Shown: positions 17,992 through 26,823 of the stretch, one piece after another
Layout of the letters: the number at the start of each line of letters is the position of its first letter
How positions within the stretch are numbered: position 1 is the first letter of the stretch
Source: Acidimicrobiia bacterium
GTDB taxonomy: Bacteria; Actinomycetota; Acidimicrobiia; IMCC26256; JAENVU01
DNA: 64,000 nucleotides
Direction of reading: 5' to 3'
Assembly: GCA_031430375.1 (NCBI GenBank)
Contig: JANPBJ010000144.1
Location: 4,264-68,263 of the forward strand
The notes under the pieces: generated by a model
What the model was told of the DNA's origin: nothing
What the model saw: only the letters and a program-made list of their open reading frames with translations
Databases searched by the model: none
Program-made: the position numbers and the translations under genes

Positions 17992-19497
17992 GTGACTGTT
18001 TCTGGAGTTCCGACCACCCCCATTCCTCTCAGCGTCCCGGCCGACGAGGCGCGTGAGCATCTCGGCGGCGTGCGCGTCGCCGTTGATGCTGCGTTGCTCC
18101 AACGCCTCGAAGCAACGGGAGCCGAGGTGCTCGTCGCGCCTGATGTGACCGCGGAAGCAAGCCGTGATTGGTGGCCCCTCGCCATGATCTGGGCGGTCGA
18201 CGGCGAAGTTCCGGCCCGGGCCGGCGCCGTCGTCCGGCCCACCAACTCAGGTCAGGTCAGCGCGGTGCTCGCGGCGTGCAACGCGGCCAAGGTGCCGGTC
18301 ACTCCTGCAGCGGGACGGAGCGGCGTGTGCGGGGCGAGCATTCCCATCCACGGCGGGGTCGTGCTCGATCTCACCGCCATGAGCGGGATCGTCGGCATTG
18401 ACCACGAGTCGATGGTGCTCGATGTCTTGCCGGGAACGTTCGGCACCTGGCTGGAGAAGACCCTCCAAGCCGAACACGGCGTGACCGTCGGCCACTGGCC
18501 CCAGTCGATCGACCTGTCGACTGTGGGCGGGTGGCTCGCGTGTCGCGGTGCCGGTCAAATGAGCACTCGGTACGGAAAGATCGAGGACATGGTCGTGGGG
18601 CTCGATGTCGTCCTCGCCGACGGCCGCCAGATCACCACCGGTGGCGTGCCGCGGGCCGCGGTCGGGCCCGACCTCAATCAGATCTTCGTCGGCTCCGAAG
18701 GCACACTTGGTGTCATCACCGGCGCGCGCATCAAGTTGCACCGCATCCCGCCCACCCAGAAGCGCGCGGCGTATGCGTTCGAGAGTTTCGCCGAGGCAAA
18801 CGATGCCTGCCGTCGGATCATCCATCGCGGTGCGCGCCCTGCGGTGCTCCGCGTCTACGACAACATCGAGTCGGATCGGACCTACAAGAGCGGGCCCGAC
18901 GATCACCTCCTCCTCGTTCTCGACGAAGGTGACCAACTCATCGTCGACGCCACCATGACGGTCATCGCCGAAGAGTGCAAGGACGCGAAGCTCGCTGACG
19001 TGGCGTTCGTGGATCAGTGGCTCGGACACCGCAACGACACGAGCGCTCTCCAGGCATTGATCAGCCGCGACTACGTGGTGGACACGATGGAGATCTCCGC
19101 ACCGTGGGCTCGGTGCGACGAGATTTACCACGCCGCGACCGCCGCGATTCTCGCCGTCGCCGGAACCCTCACCGCGAGCGCACACCAAAGCCACTCGTAT
19201 CCCGATGGCGCGTGCATCTATTTCACGTTCGCGGGTCAACCAGCCCGTGACGAACGAGAGGCGTACTACCGCTCGGCATGGGAGGCCGGGACCACCGCGG
19301 TGCTGACCCACGGCGGCGCGCTGAGTCACCACCACGGCGTGGGCCTCAACCGCTCCCGCTTCGTGCGGGACGCCCTCGGGCCCGCCTTCGATGTCCTCGT
19401 TGCCACAAAACAGGCGCTCGACCCGAACGGCATCCTCAACCCCGGAAAACTCGGCCTCCCCGACCCGTGGGCAGCGAGCTCGGTGTGGCCCGCCTAA
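17992..19497 (+). CDS. FAD-linked oxidase (GlcD / alkyl-DHAP-synthase-like flavoprotein)
   Basis: 501 aa from GTG. FAD-binding PCMH-type region (VVRPTNSGQVSAVL..PAAGRSGVCGASIP). C-terminal HHHGVGLNR. Confidence 0.75.
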   Translation: MTVSGVPTTPIPLSVPADEAREHLGGVRVAVDAALLQRLEATGAEVLVAPDVTAEASRDWWPLAMIWAVDGEVPARAGAVVRPTNSGQVSAVLAACNAAKVPVTPAAGRSGVCGASIPIHGGVVLDLTAMSGIVGIDHESMVLDVLPGTFGTWLEKTLQAEHGVTVGHWPQSIDLSTVGGWLACRGAGQMSTRYGKIEDMVVGLDVVLADGRQITTGGVPRAAVGPDLNQIFVGSEGTLGVITGARIKLHRIPPTQKRAAYAFESFAEANDACRRIIHRGARPAVLRVYDNIESDRTYKSGPDDHLLLVLDEGDQLIVDATMTVIAEECKDAKLADVAFVDQWLGHRNDTSALQALISRDYVVDTMEISAPWARCDEIYHAATAAILAVAGTLTASAHQSHSYPDGACIYFTFAGQPARDEREAYYRSAWEAGTTAVLTHGGALSHHHGVGLNRSRFVRDALGPAFDVLVATKQALDPNGILNPGKLGLPDPWAASSVWPA

Positions 19498-20942
19498 TGG
19501 ATCTCTTGGTCATCGACATCGGAACATCGTCGATCCGGGCGGCGATCGTGCGCGACGACGCCACCGTTGCACACGAGCAACACCATGACTTCTTGCCTGA
19601 CTCTCCCCAGCCCGGGATGGTGGAGTTCGACCCAGCCGCAATGGCGACCGTCGTCCTCGAAGCCGCGCACGCCGCGCTCGCCGCGCACAGGGCCCCCGTG
19701 GCCGCCGTCGGTATTACCAATCAGAGGGGTTCCACGGTGGTGTGGGATCGCGCCACGGGGGAACCGATCGGCCCCGCGCAAGGGTGGCAAGACCTCCGCA
19801 CGATTTTTGCCTGCCTCACCCATCGCGGCGCAGGGTTTCGCTTCGCACCCAACGCGTCGGCGACCAAGCTCGAAGACCTCCTCAATACGTTCGACCCAGA
19901 ACGTTCGCGAGATCTCTGCTTCGGCACCGTCGACTCGTGGATCGCCTGGACCCTCTCCGAGGGGGCGCTCCACGTGATCGATGCCAGCAATGCCGCGGTC
20001 ACTGCTCTCCTGCGCGCCGACGGCACGGGATGGTACGAGCCCGCTCTGGTTGCCTTGCGGATTCCGGAGCGGATGCTGCCCGCCATCGTGGATACGTCGG
20101 GCCTCATCGGCACCGCAACGGCGCTCCCCGGTTCGCCACCGATCACGGCGCTCATCGGCGACCAGCAGGCCTCGTTGGTGGGTCAGGCATGCGTGACCGC
20201 GGGCCCGGCCAAGATCACCTTCGGTACCGGCGGCATGCTCGATCTGGTGGTGGGTCCGAGCCGACCCAGCTTCGAAACTCGGGGTGAGGGCGGAACGTTC
20301 CCCATCGTCACCATGCGTCGTGATGGCGTGGACACGTGGGGCCTTGAAGCGATCATGCTCTCGGCCGGCACCAACGTGGAGTGGTTGCGCGATGACCTGG
20401 GAATCCTCACGTCGTCGGAGCAGAGCCACGAGGTTGCTCAGCGGTGCGCCGACACCGGTGGTGTGATGTACGTCCCCGCGTTGATGGGCCTCGGGACGCC
20501 GCAGTGGGACTACGGCGCACGCGGCACATTGCTCGGCCTCACCCGTGGGAGCGGTCGCCCACAGATTGTGCGCGCCGTGCTCGAGGGCGTGGCGCAATCC
20601 GGTGCCGACCTCGTGGAGTCCGCCGAGATGGACGCGCACACCACGATCAATGTCTTGCGCGTCGACGGCGGGATGTCGCGTAACCCCACGTTCGTTCAGG
20701 CACTCGCCGACGCGGCACAGAAGCCGGTGGAGATCTCGCCGGTCTGTGAAGCGACCACGCTCGGCGCCGGGTTCATGGCCGGGCTGGCGGTGGGCGCGTG
20801 GCCCAACCTCGACGCCCTCGCGCACACGTGGTCGCCGATCGCGCGCTACGAACCCGGCCCACCCACCGACCGCGATCGTTGGCGCGAGGCGGTGCGCCGT
20901 GCATCACGCTGGCTCGAAGACCTGTCCGCCGTCGACTTCTAA
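19497..20942 (+). CDS. FGGY-family carbohydrate kinase (glycerol kinase-like)
   Basis: 481 aa from the ATG overlapping the upstream TAA (TAATG 19495-19499). VIDIGTSSIR, FGTVDSWIAWTL, GLTRGS. The ORF-track N-terminal extension lies inside the upstream gene. Confidence 0.8.
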   Translation: MDLLVIDIGTSSIRAAIVRDDATVAHEQHHDFLPDSPQPGMVEFDPAAMATVVLEAAHAALAAHRAPVAAVGITNQRGSTVVWDRATGEPIGPAQGWQDLRTIFACLTHRGAGFRFAPNASATKLEDLLNTFDPERSRDLCFGTVDSWIAWTLSEGALHVIDASNAAVTALLRADGTGWYEPALVALRIPERMLPAIVDTSGLIGTATALPGSPPITALIGDQQASLVGQACVTAGPAKITFGTGGMLDLVVGPSRPSFETRGEGGTFPIVTMRRDGVDTWGLEAIMLSAGTNVEWLRDDLGILTSSEQSHEVAQRCADTGGVMYVPALMGLGTPQWDYGARGTLLGLTRGSGRPQIVRAVLEGVAQSGADLVESAEMDAHTTINVLRVDGGMSRNPTFVQALADAAQKPVEISPVCEATTLGAGFMAGLAVGAWPNLDALAHTWSPIARYEPGPPTDRDRWREAVRRASRWLEDLSAVDF

Positions 20943-21347
20943 GGTTCCCGTCCCCATTACTTGGATGCGGGCACGCCCTACGAGCACCTCGCCGTGGACG
21001 AGATCGGGGGTTTCCCACTCGAGGTCGAAGCCAACCGGGATGCGCTCACCCACCGCTTCGGCGGGATCGTCCACCCGCAGACCGAACGCTTCGAGGCCAA
21101 AGCTCCAATGTTCGCCGGGCGTTTCGCACACGAACTCGACCCACAGGCCGTCGGCGCGAAACTCGAGCACTGAACTGCGCGCGCGGGGCACTTCTGCGTC
21201 GCGCACCACGATCAGGCCATCTCCGAGCGCGGCACCCGAGAACTGCGCGTCGAACCGCACGAGACCCGCGTCGGGAACCTCGAGTTCGACCGCACCGCGC
21301 AGCCCGTCCCCATCAAGATCGGCCGCGAACTCGAGCCGGTACATCAC
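20904..21347 (-). CDS. Hypothetical protein
   Basis: 147 aa (GTG 21347 / ATG 21344). GC-rich third positions. No recognisable motif. Its 3' end overlaps the convergent kinase gene by 39 nt. Confidence 0.5.
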   Translation of the reverse strand: MMYRLEFAADLDGDGLRGAVELEVPDAGLVRFDAQFSGAALGDGLIVVRDAEVPRARSSVLEFRADGLWVEFVCETPGEHWSFGLEAFGLRVDDPAEAVGERIPVGFDLEWETPDLVHGEVLVGRARIQVMGTGTLEVDGGQVFEPA

Positions 21348-21354
21348 GAGATCA

Positions 21355-21552
21355 TCACTGAATCAGTGCGTAGTACGGCTCCGCGGGATCCCACGGGACG
21401 GCGTCGGGTACACCGTCGACCAATGAAAACGCCTCGTAGAGGTCGAGGCCGTCACGAGGCACCGTCCAATCCAACTCATCCGCGACCCCCGCCGCCAGTG
21501 CGAACGGGCGCAGGAACGTGAAGTACACAAACGCGCCCGCGTCGATCTTTTC
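21355..21552 (-). CDS. Coding-like 65-codon segment in frame directly after the TAG of the upstream gene (readthrough tail, disrupted gene end, or separate small ORF from GTG 21528)
   Basis: Hand translation after TAG (21555-21553): EKIDAGAFVYFTFLRPFALAAGVADELDWTVPRDGLDLYEAFSLVDGVPDAVPWDPAEPYYALIQ, then TGA (21357-21355). Third-position G/C bias resembles the neighbouring genes. The only internal start is GTG 21528, with no obvious SD. Confidence 0.35.
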   Translation of the reverse strand, partial: EKIDAGAFVYFTFLRPFALAAGVADELDWTVPRDGLDLYEAFSLVDGVPDAVPWDPAEPYYALIQ

Positions 21553-22467
21553 CTAGCGCGTCATGCCTGCGATGAGCCGGTACAGCGCCGACTGAGCCAG
21601 CTTCGTGGTGGCGGCAATGTCACTCAACTCTGAGAGAGGGATCGGTGTCAACACTCCCCCGGTGCTGTCGTAGATCCCGAACGCCGAGAGCCGCGAGAAG
21701 TAATCGACCGGGTCCGTGGTGGACGTGCCCCAGTCGTTCGCGGTCACCGCCACGTCATCGAGGACGAACGCACATGTGAGATTCGAGTGCGGCAGATCGG
21801 CACACACTTCAACGCTCCAGGGGAAGTAGCCGACGCCGAACTCGTTGAAGTCGCGTACCAACACCGTGCGACCGTCGGCCAGCGGATACGGACCACTGTC
21901 CTGATACCCGGCGCGAGTATCGAAGTACAACAAGAACAGGAACGATGTGAGCAACGCGTTTGTCTTGGCGATCTGGCGACGAGTGGCGGCGTCGACCACA
22001 GGTGCTGCTCCCGCCACCAGCTCCTCGATGACGTCGACCCCGTATCGCGCAACGACGAGCCCCGCGTCGTAGGCCTGGTATTCACCATCGCCGCGGAACG
22101 CGAGCGCGGCCGGAGCCCAGAACTCGAAGATCGCGCCGAGCCGTTCGAGGTCGTCGTCGCGGTCGATCATCCCGAACGGCTCCAGCGCCTGGCGGATCAC
22201 CAGCGGGAGATTCGCAATCGACCACAGATGCACCGCATCGATCTGATTCCCGGGCCGTCGACCCAGCGCGCCTAGCTCCTCGGGCGGGCGCGCCGCCGCG
22301 ATCACCTTCATCATGTCTGGGTACCGGCGGTACGCCTCGACACAGGACACCAAGATGTAGGCCGTCACCGGGATCAATGCCGACTCCAACGCGGTGCGTT
22401 GGGCGGTCATCGCGCCGGAGATGCGACCGTGGAACCGCAGCCAATCATTGACGGCTTCCCGCTTCAC
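21553..22467 (-). CDS. Hypothetical protein (304 aa), no recognisable domain
   Basis: GTG 22467 lies 2 nt after the upstream TGA. The ORF-track extension to 22632 overlaps the upstream gene. Ends ...YRLIAGMTR-TAG. Confidence 0.55.
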   Translation of the reverse strand: MKREAVNDWLRFHGRISGAMTAQRTALESALIPVTAYILVSCVEAYRRYPDMMKVIAAARPPEELGALGRRPGNQIDAVHLWSIANLPLVIRQALEPFGMIDRDDDLERLGAIFEFWAPAALAFRGDGEYQAYDAGLVVARYGVDVIEELVAGAAPVVDAATRRQIAKTNALLTSFLFLLYFDTRAGYQDSGPYPLADGRTVLVRDFNEFGVGYFPWSVEVCADLPHSNLTCAFVLDDVAVTANDWGTSTTDPVDYFSRLSAFGIYDSTGGVLTPIPLSELSDIAATTKLAQSALYRLIAGMTR

Positions 22468-22469
22468 CG

Positions 22470-22823
22470 TCAGCTCCCGGCCCGCAGGATGCCCACTGCG
22501 GCGGCGCAATCGAGTTCCACCGGGTCGCCGTCGCCCGGGACCGCTCCCGTGAACGTGGTCGCCATGATGCACGGGACCTGATACTCGCGGCTCACGATGC
22601 CGATATGACTCGACGGCGTGCCCGACATGCACACCACGGCGGTGAGCTCATCGAAGATCGGCGCGAGAAAGGTTGCGCCCGCATCCTGCACGCCGGCAAT
22701 CACGCCGCCGGCGCCCGTGTCCATCAACGCGAGTACATCGTCGGGTGTGTGCAGCATCTGCCAGGTTCCGCGCACTGCCGCCGCGGTGAACACCGTGGTC
22801 CCGGTTCCGAGTTCGTCAGTCAT
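22470..22823 (-). CDS. Stand-alone PEP-utilizing-enzyme mobile (swivelling phosphohistidine) domain protein
   Basis: 117 aa from ATG 22823. GTPSSHIGIVSREYQVPCI matches the G-x-TSH-xx-I-x-(A/S)RE-x-x-xP phosphohistidine motif. The ORF-track N-terminal 183 aa is R/S/P-rich and was trimmed. Confidence 0.7.
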   Translation of the reverse strand: MTDELGTGTTVFTAAAVRGTWQMLHTPDDVLALMDTGAGGVIAGVQDAGATFLAPIFDELTAVVCMSGTPSSHIGIVSREYQVPCIMATTFTGAVPGDGDPVELDCAAAVGILRAGS

Positions 22824-22917
22824 GACCCCGAACCTACCGCGCCTCCTAGATTGACTCCCCGTGGACGAACCTCCCGGAGACGAACGGCCTTCCAAGGATC
22901 GGGGCGAGGGACGGCCG

Positions 22918-23478
22918 GTGTTACTCCAACTCCGCCTGCGGGGGAAGATCCTCGACCCGGCCTCTCCCGCCAGCGCCGCGCTCGTTGGCAGCGGGCACGC
23001 GAGCACCCGCGGCCAACACCTCATCTTGTCCCCGGCGGGCCGGGCCGTGGCAGAAACGGAGTTCCGGTTCGACCTCGATGACCCCGCAGGCTTCCATGGC
23101 GCCACGCGCGCCGCGTACGAGCAGTTTCTCCCCCGCAACGTGGAAGTCATCCGCGTCTGCAACGACTGGCAGGTACGCGCCGGCGGTGCGCCGAACGACC
23201 ATCGCGACGCCGCGTACGACTGGGGCCTCATCGACCGCCTCGCCACCATCGACGACCGGATCGGACCCGTCATCCGACGCCTCGGCAAGGCGGTCGCCCA
23301 CTTCGACGGGTACCGCCCCCGGCTGCGCTCCGCTCGCACCAGGGTGGAGGACGGCGATCGGGAATGGTTCACCTCACCCCGGATCGACTCGTATCACACC
23401 GTCTGGATGGAACTCCACGAGCATCTGCTGGTGGCATTGGGCCTTGAGCGGTCTGCGGAAAGCGCCGAGACCTCCTGA
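22918..23478 (+). CDS. Hypothetical protein, possibly a wHTH (MarR-associated) regulator. Start uncertain.
   Basis: C-terminal IDSYHTVWMELHEHLLVALGLER and NDWQVR...NDHRDAAYD resemble, from memory, a family annotated as MarR-type regulators (unverified). Possible starts: GTG 22861, GTG 22918, GTG 23047. Confidence 0.4.
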   Translation: MLLQLRLRGKILDPASPASAALVGSGHASTRGQHLILSPAGRAVAETEFRFDLDDPAGFHGATRAAYEQFLPRNVEVIRVCNDWQVRAGGAPNDHRDAAYDWGLIDRLATIDDRIGPVIRRLGKAVAHFDGYRPRLRSARTRVEDGDREWFTSPRIDSYHTVWMELHEHLLVALGLERSAESAETS

Positions 23479-23480
23479 GC

Positions 23481-24383
23481 ATGCAACAACGTTGGTTCGA
23501 CTGTGACGGCCGCTTCGTCCACACCGTGGACTGGGAGCCCGAGACCGTTGACCCCGCCGCGGCCCCCGTGGTTCTGATCCACGGACTCGGCGGCAGCACG
23601 ATCAGTTGGGAACTCGTGGGCCAGCACCTCAGCGATCGGCTGCGGACGCGGGTGACCGCGCTCGACCTTCCCGGGTTTGGCAAGACACGCTGTCCCGAAC
23701 TGCCCACCGGCTTCGAGGCTCACCGCCATGTGGTCAAGACGCTGCTCACCGAACGTGGCCCCGCGATCGTGGCGGGCAACTCGATGGGCGGGGCAATCAC
23801 TGTCTCCCTCGCGCAGCGCCACCCGGAGCTCGTGCGCGCCATGGTGTTGGTCAACGCGGCCTACCCACGCCCGTCGGGCAACTTCGACCAGCTCACTCGT
23901 ACGGCCAAGTTCGCGGCGCTCACGTTTCCCAAGGCTGCAACTCCCGTGGTCAACGCGCGCGCTCGGAGGCTCGGGCCGGTCGGGATGGTGGACGCGACAA
24001 TGCTGTTCGTCCTCTCCGACCCCAAACGACTCGACGGGGACCTGCGCGACCGGCTCATCGAACTCGCCGCGCTGCGCCAGTCGTACCCCGAGGCCGCGGT
24101 CGCCTACGCGCAGAGCGGCGGCACATTGTTCCGGTATCTCGCGTTCCGCATGCGATCGGATCTCAACACTGTGACGGTACCCACACTCGTCGTGCACGGC
24201 ACCCGGGACCGTTTGGTTCCTGTGTCGTTCGCGCGCGCGGTCGCGCAGCGGCGAAGTGACTGGACGTACCACGAACTCAACGACTGCGGCCACGCACCGC
24301 AACTCGAGTGGCCGGCGCGCTTCGTCGACGTCGTCAGCGGGTGGACGGAGCAGGCGCTTCGAGATCCAGCAACGCTCGCTTGA
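23481..24383 (+). CDS. Alpha/beta hydrolase
   Basis: 300 aa. VVLIHGLGGS, nucleophile elbow GNSMGG, C-terminal CGHAPQLE. Confidence 0.8.
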   Translation: MQQRWFDCDGRFVHTVDWEPETVDPAAAPVVLIHGLGGSTISWELVGQHLSDRLRTRVTALDLPGFGKTRCPELPTGFEAHRHVVKTLLTERGPAIVAGNSMGGAITVSLAQRHPELVRAMVLVNAAYPRPSGNFDQLTRTAKFAALTFPKAATPVVNARARRLGPVGMVDATMLFVLSDPKRLDGDLRDRLIELAALRQSYPEAAVAYAQSGGTLFRYLAFRMRSDLNTVTVPTLVVHGTRDRLVPVSFARAVAQRRSDWTYHELNDCGHAPQLEWPARFVDVVSGWTEQALRDPATLA

Positions 24384-24876
24384 GCGCGATCCCGTTCTGC
24401 CGGGTCTCCCCGTACCCGCCGCCGTACCCACCAATTCCGTTGGCCGCAACGACGCGATGACACGGGATCACGAACGGCACCGGATTGCGGGCCATCGTGG
24501 TTCCCACGGCGCGGGCCGCGCCGGGTCGCCCCGCCATCACCGCGAGTTCGCCGTACGTCACGGTCTCGCCGTAGGGCACCTCCATGCGCAACGTGTCCAA
24601 GACATGGCGTTGGAACTCGGAAAGTCGTGAAGCGCCCAGGTCCACCGGCATCTCGAACACCTGGCGCCGACCGCAGAAGAAGTCATCGATCTGACGCGCG
24701 ACGGCCCGGTCTCGACGCGGCGCGTTCACAAACTCTTCGTCGTCGGCCGGCGCTTCGATCCCCGTCGTTCCCGGCTCCACGCGCGGCAGCGTGATGCGTT
24801 CAACTCCGCCGGGACCAACGACCACCACGATGTCGCCGAACGGGATCGTCTGACGCCACCAACGCGCTGCTTTCAA
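24334..24876 (-). CDS. ogt: Methylated-DNA--protein-cysteine methyltransferase
   Basis: 180 aa. Active site IPCHRVV, TYGELA...NPVPFV. 50-nt convergent overlap with the hydrolase gene. Confidence 0.85.
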   Translation of the reverse strand: MKAARWWRQTIPFGDIVVVVGPGGVERITLPRVEPGTTGIEAPADDEEFVNAPRRDRAVARQIDDFFCGRRQVFEMPVDLGASRLSEFQRHVLDTLRMEVPYGETVTYGELAVMAGRPGAARAVGTTMARNPVPFVIPCHRVVAANGIGGYGGGYGETRQNGIALKRALLDLEAPAPSTR

Positions 24877-24932
24877 GGCGAGATCGCGGTCACGACGAGA
24901 TCGATGTCATAAGGAGATCAACAGCGGGCCGG

Positions 24933-25925
24933 TTAGATCAGACCGAGTGCCGTGATCTCGTCGCGTTCCGAGACGAGTTCTGCCGTGGTCACCGCAAGTT
25001 TCTCCTGCGCGAAGTCGTCATGACCCAGCCCTTCCACCACGTTCCAGCCGCCGTTGCCATCAGCGGCAACCGGGAAGCCGTACTGGAGACCCTCGGGCGT
25101 TCCGTACTCTCCCCGACTCGCGACGGCGAGGCTCGCCCAGCCACCGGACGGCGGAACCGTGTGCACGCTGTTCACGGAGTCGATGGCGGCGTTGGCCGCC
25201 GACGCGGCCGACGACAAGCCACGCGCTTCGATAATCGCCGCGCCTCGCTTCTGCACGGTCTCGATAAACGGCCCGCGCAACCAGTCGGGATCATCGATGA
25301 CGGCCGCTGCCGGCTTGCCGCCGATCTGGGCATTCGCAAAGTCGGGGTACTGGGTCGCGGAATGGTTTCCCCAGATCGTCACGTTGGTGACATCACTCAC
25401 CGGGACGCCGGCCTTCTGCGCGAGCTGGGTCTGGGCGCGGTTCTGATCGAGGCGGGTCATCGCGAACCAACGCTCGGCCGGGATGTCGGGCGCGTTGCTC
25501 CGTGCGATGAGGCAGTTGGTGTTGCACGGGTTGCCGACTACCAGCACGCGCACGTCCGACGCCGCGTGCGCGTTGATCGCCTCGCCCTGAGGCTTGAAGA
25601 TCCCACCATTCACCTTGAGGAGATCGCCGCGCTCCATGCCGGCCTTGCGTGGGATCGATCCCACGAGCAGCGCCCAACTCGTACCGTCAAACGCGGTCGT
25701 GAGATCCGAGGTGGTCTCAATCCCGGCGAGGAGGGGAAACGCGCAATCGTCGAGTTCCATAGCCACCCCACCGAGGGCCTGCATCGCGGGCTCGATCTCG
25801 AGGAGGCGCAGGACCACTGGCTGGTCCGGACCGAGAAGCTGGCCGGACGCGATCCGGAAGAGGATGGCGTACCCGATCTGCCCGGCCGCGCCCGTGACAG
25901 TGACATGAACTGGAATCTTGGACAT
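24933..25925 (-). CDS. mdh: Malate dehydrogenase
   Basis: 330 aa. [34 protein letters not shown]. Confidence 0.9.
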   Translation of the reverse strand: MSKIPVHVTVTGAAGQIGYAILFRIASGQLLGPDQPVVLRLLEIEPAMQALGGVAMELDDCAFPLLAGIETTSDLTTAFDGTSWALLVGSIPRKAGMERGDLLKVNGGIFKPQGEAINAHAASDVRVLVVGNPCNTNCLIARSNAPDIPAERWFAMTRLDQNRAQTQLAQKAGVPVSDVTNVTIWGNHSATQYPDFANAQIGGKPAAAVIDDPDWLRGPFIETVQKRGAAIIEARGLSSAASAANAAIDSVNSVHTVPPSGGWASLAVASRGEYGTPEGLQYGFPVAADGNGGWNVVEGLGHDDFAQEKLAVTTAELVSERDEITALGLI

Positions 25926-25977
25926 AGGTCGAACTTAGTGAGGAAACCTCGCCTCGGGGGCACCGGACTCGTGTGCC

Positions 25978-26757
25978 TCAGGGTTTGGTGCTGTCCGGCA
26001 CGTCACTGAGTAACGCTTCTCTTGCTTCGCGGAGCTCCGCGATGCGTTCGGCCGCCGCATCGGACTGGCCGCCGTGGTCGGGATGCGCCAGGCGGAGCAA
26101 CCGGCGGAACCGCCGCTGAATATCGGTCCGATCGAGCACGCCACCCGCTCCCAGGCCGAGCACCTCCATGGCCCATCGGCGTTCGGCGGGCACTCCGACC
26201 CACGGCGACCCATCGAAGGTGCTGTAGGCATCGGCCACCGGTCCCATCCCGGCTGCCGGCGGGGCCAGTATCGGGATGCCTTCCATCAACCGCCGCACGA
26301 TGAAGGGTTCCGGGATCACACCGGGCTGCGCGACCGCAGCCTCGATCGCGCGCACCGCGCGGCGCCGCACACTGGAGCCGAGCGATCCCGCCGCCAGGAT
26401 CGCACCCAACACCTGCGGACCAGGCGCGCCGTGCACATCGAGCTCCACGATGAACCGACCCTCTTCTTCCAACAGCCGGTGGCGTGAGCGGTCGAGGCCG
26501 TGGACGTCGGTCTGGAGCCGGTGGCGCAGCGCGATGCTCGGCACCGTGATCCCATGGCGCGCCACCTCGTGGAGCAACCGAGGGAGGTCGTCGAGCTGTT
26601 CGCCCGCGAAGGACCCGACGTGTTCGGCCACCACCGCCGCGAGCAGCCCGGCGCCGTGCGCGGCACCCGTCATCGGCAGGTACTGATCGCCGAGCGCGAC
26701 CCGACGCGTCGGCATGTGCCGACGGGTGTGGCGGATCAACAACTCGGCGAGAATCAC
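25978..26757 (-). CDS. Hypothetical protein with C-terminal J (DnaJ) domain
   Basis: 259 aa. C-terminus FRRLLRLAHPDHGG...ELREAREALL carries the HPD motif. The N-terminal ~190 aa is unrecognised. Confidence 0.65.
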   Translation of the reverse strand: MILAELLIRHTRRHMPTRRVALGDQYLPMTGAAHGAGLLAAVVAEHVGSFAGEQLDDLPRLLHEVARHGITVPSIALRHRLQTDVHGLDRSRHRLLEEEGRFIVELDVHGAPGPQVLGAILAAGSLGSSVRRRAVRAIEAAVAQPGVIPEPFIVRRLMEGIPILAPPAAGMGPVADAYSTFDGSPWVGVPAERRWAMEVLGLGAGGVLDRTDIQRRFRRLLRLAHPDHGGQSDAAAERIAELREAREALLSDVPDSTKP

Positions 26758-26823
26758 CCTTGGCTCACCTCCGAAAAGGGTTCGGCGCGGCGCGAACTCA
26801 CGGATGAGCGACCGGCGTCACGG

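Noticed and set aside
21553-21555. In-frame TAG read as pyrrolysine
   Set aside because: No pyl genes or methyltransferase context are in the window, and Pyl decoding is not established for this phylum. A nonsense mutation, a sequencing error or a separate small ORF are more economical explanations. It is kept as a finding only as a generic readthrough or pseudogene question.
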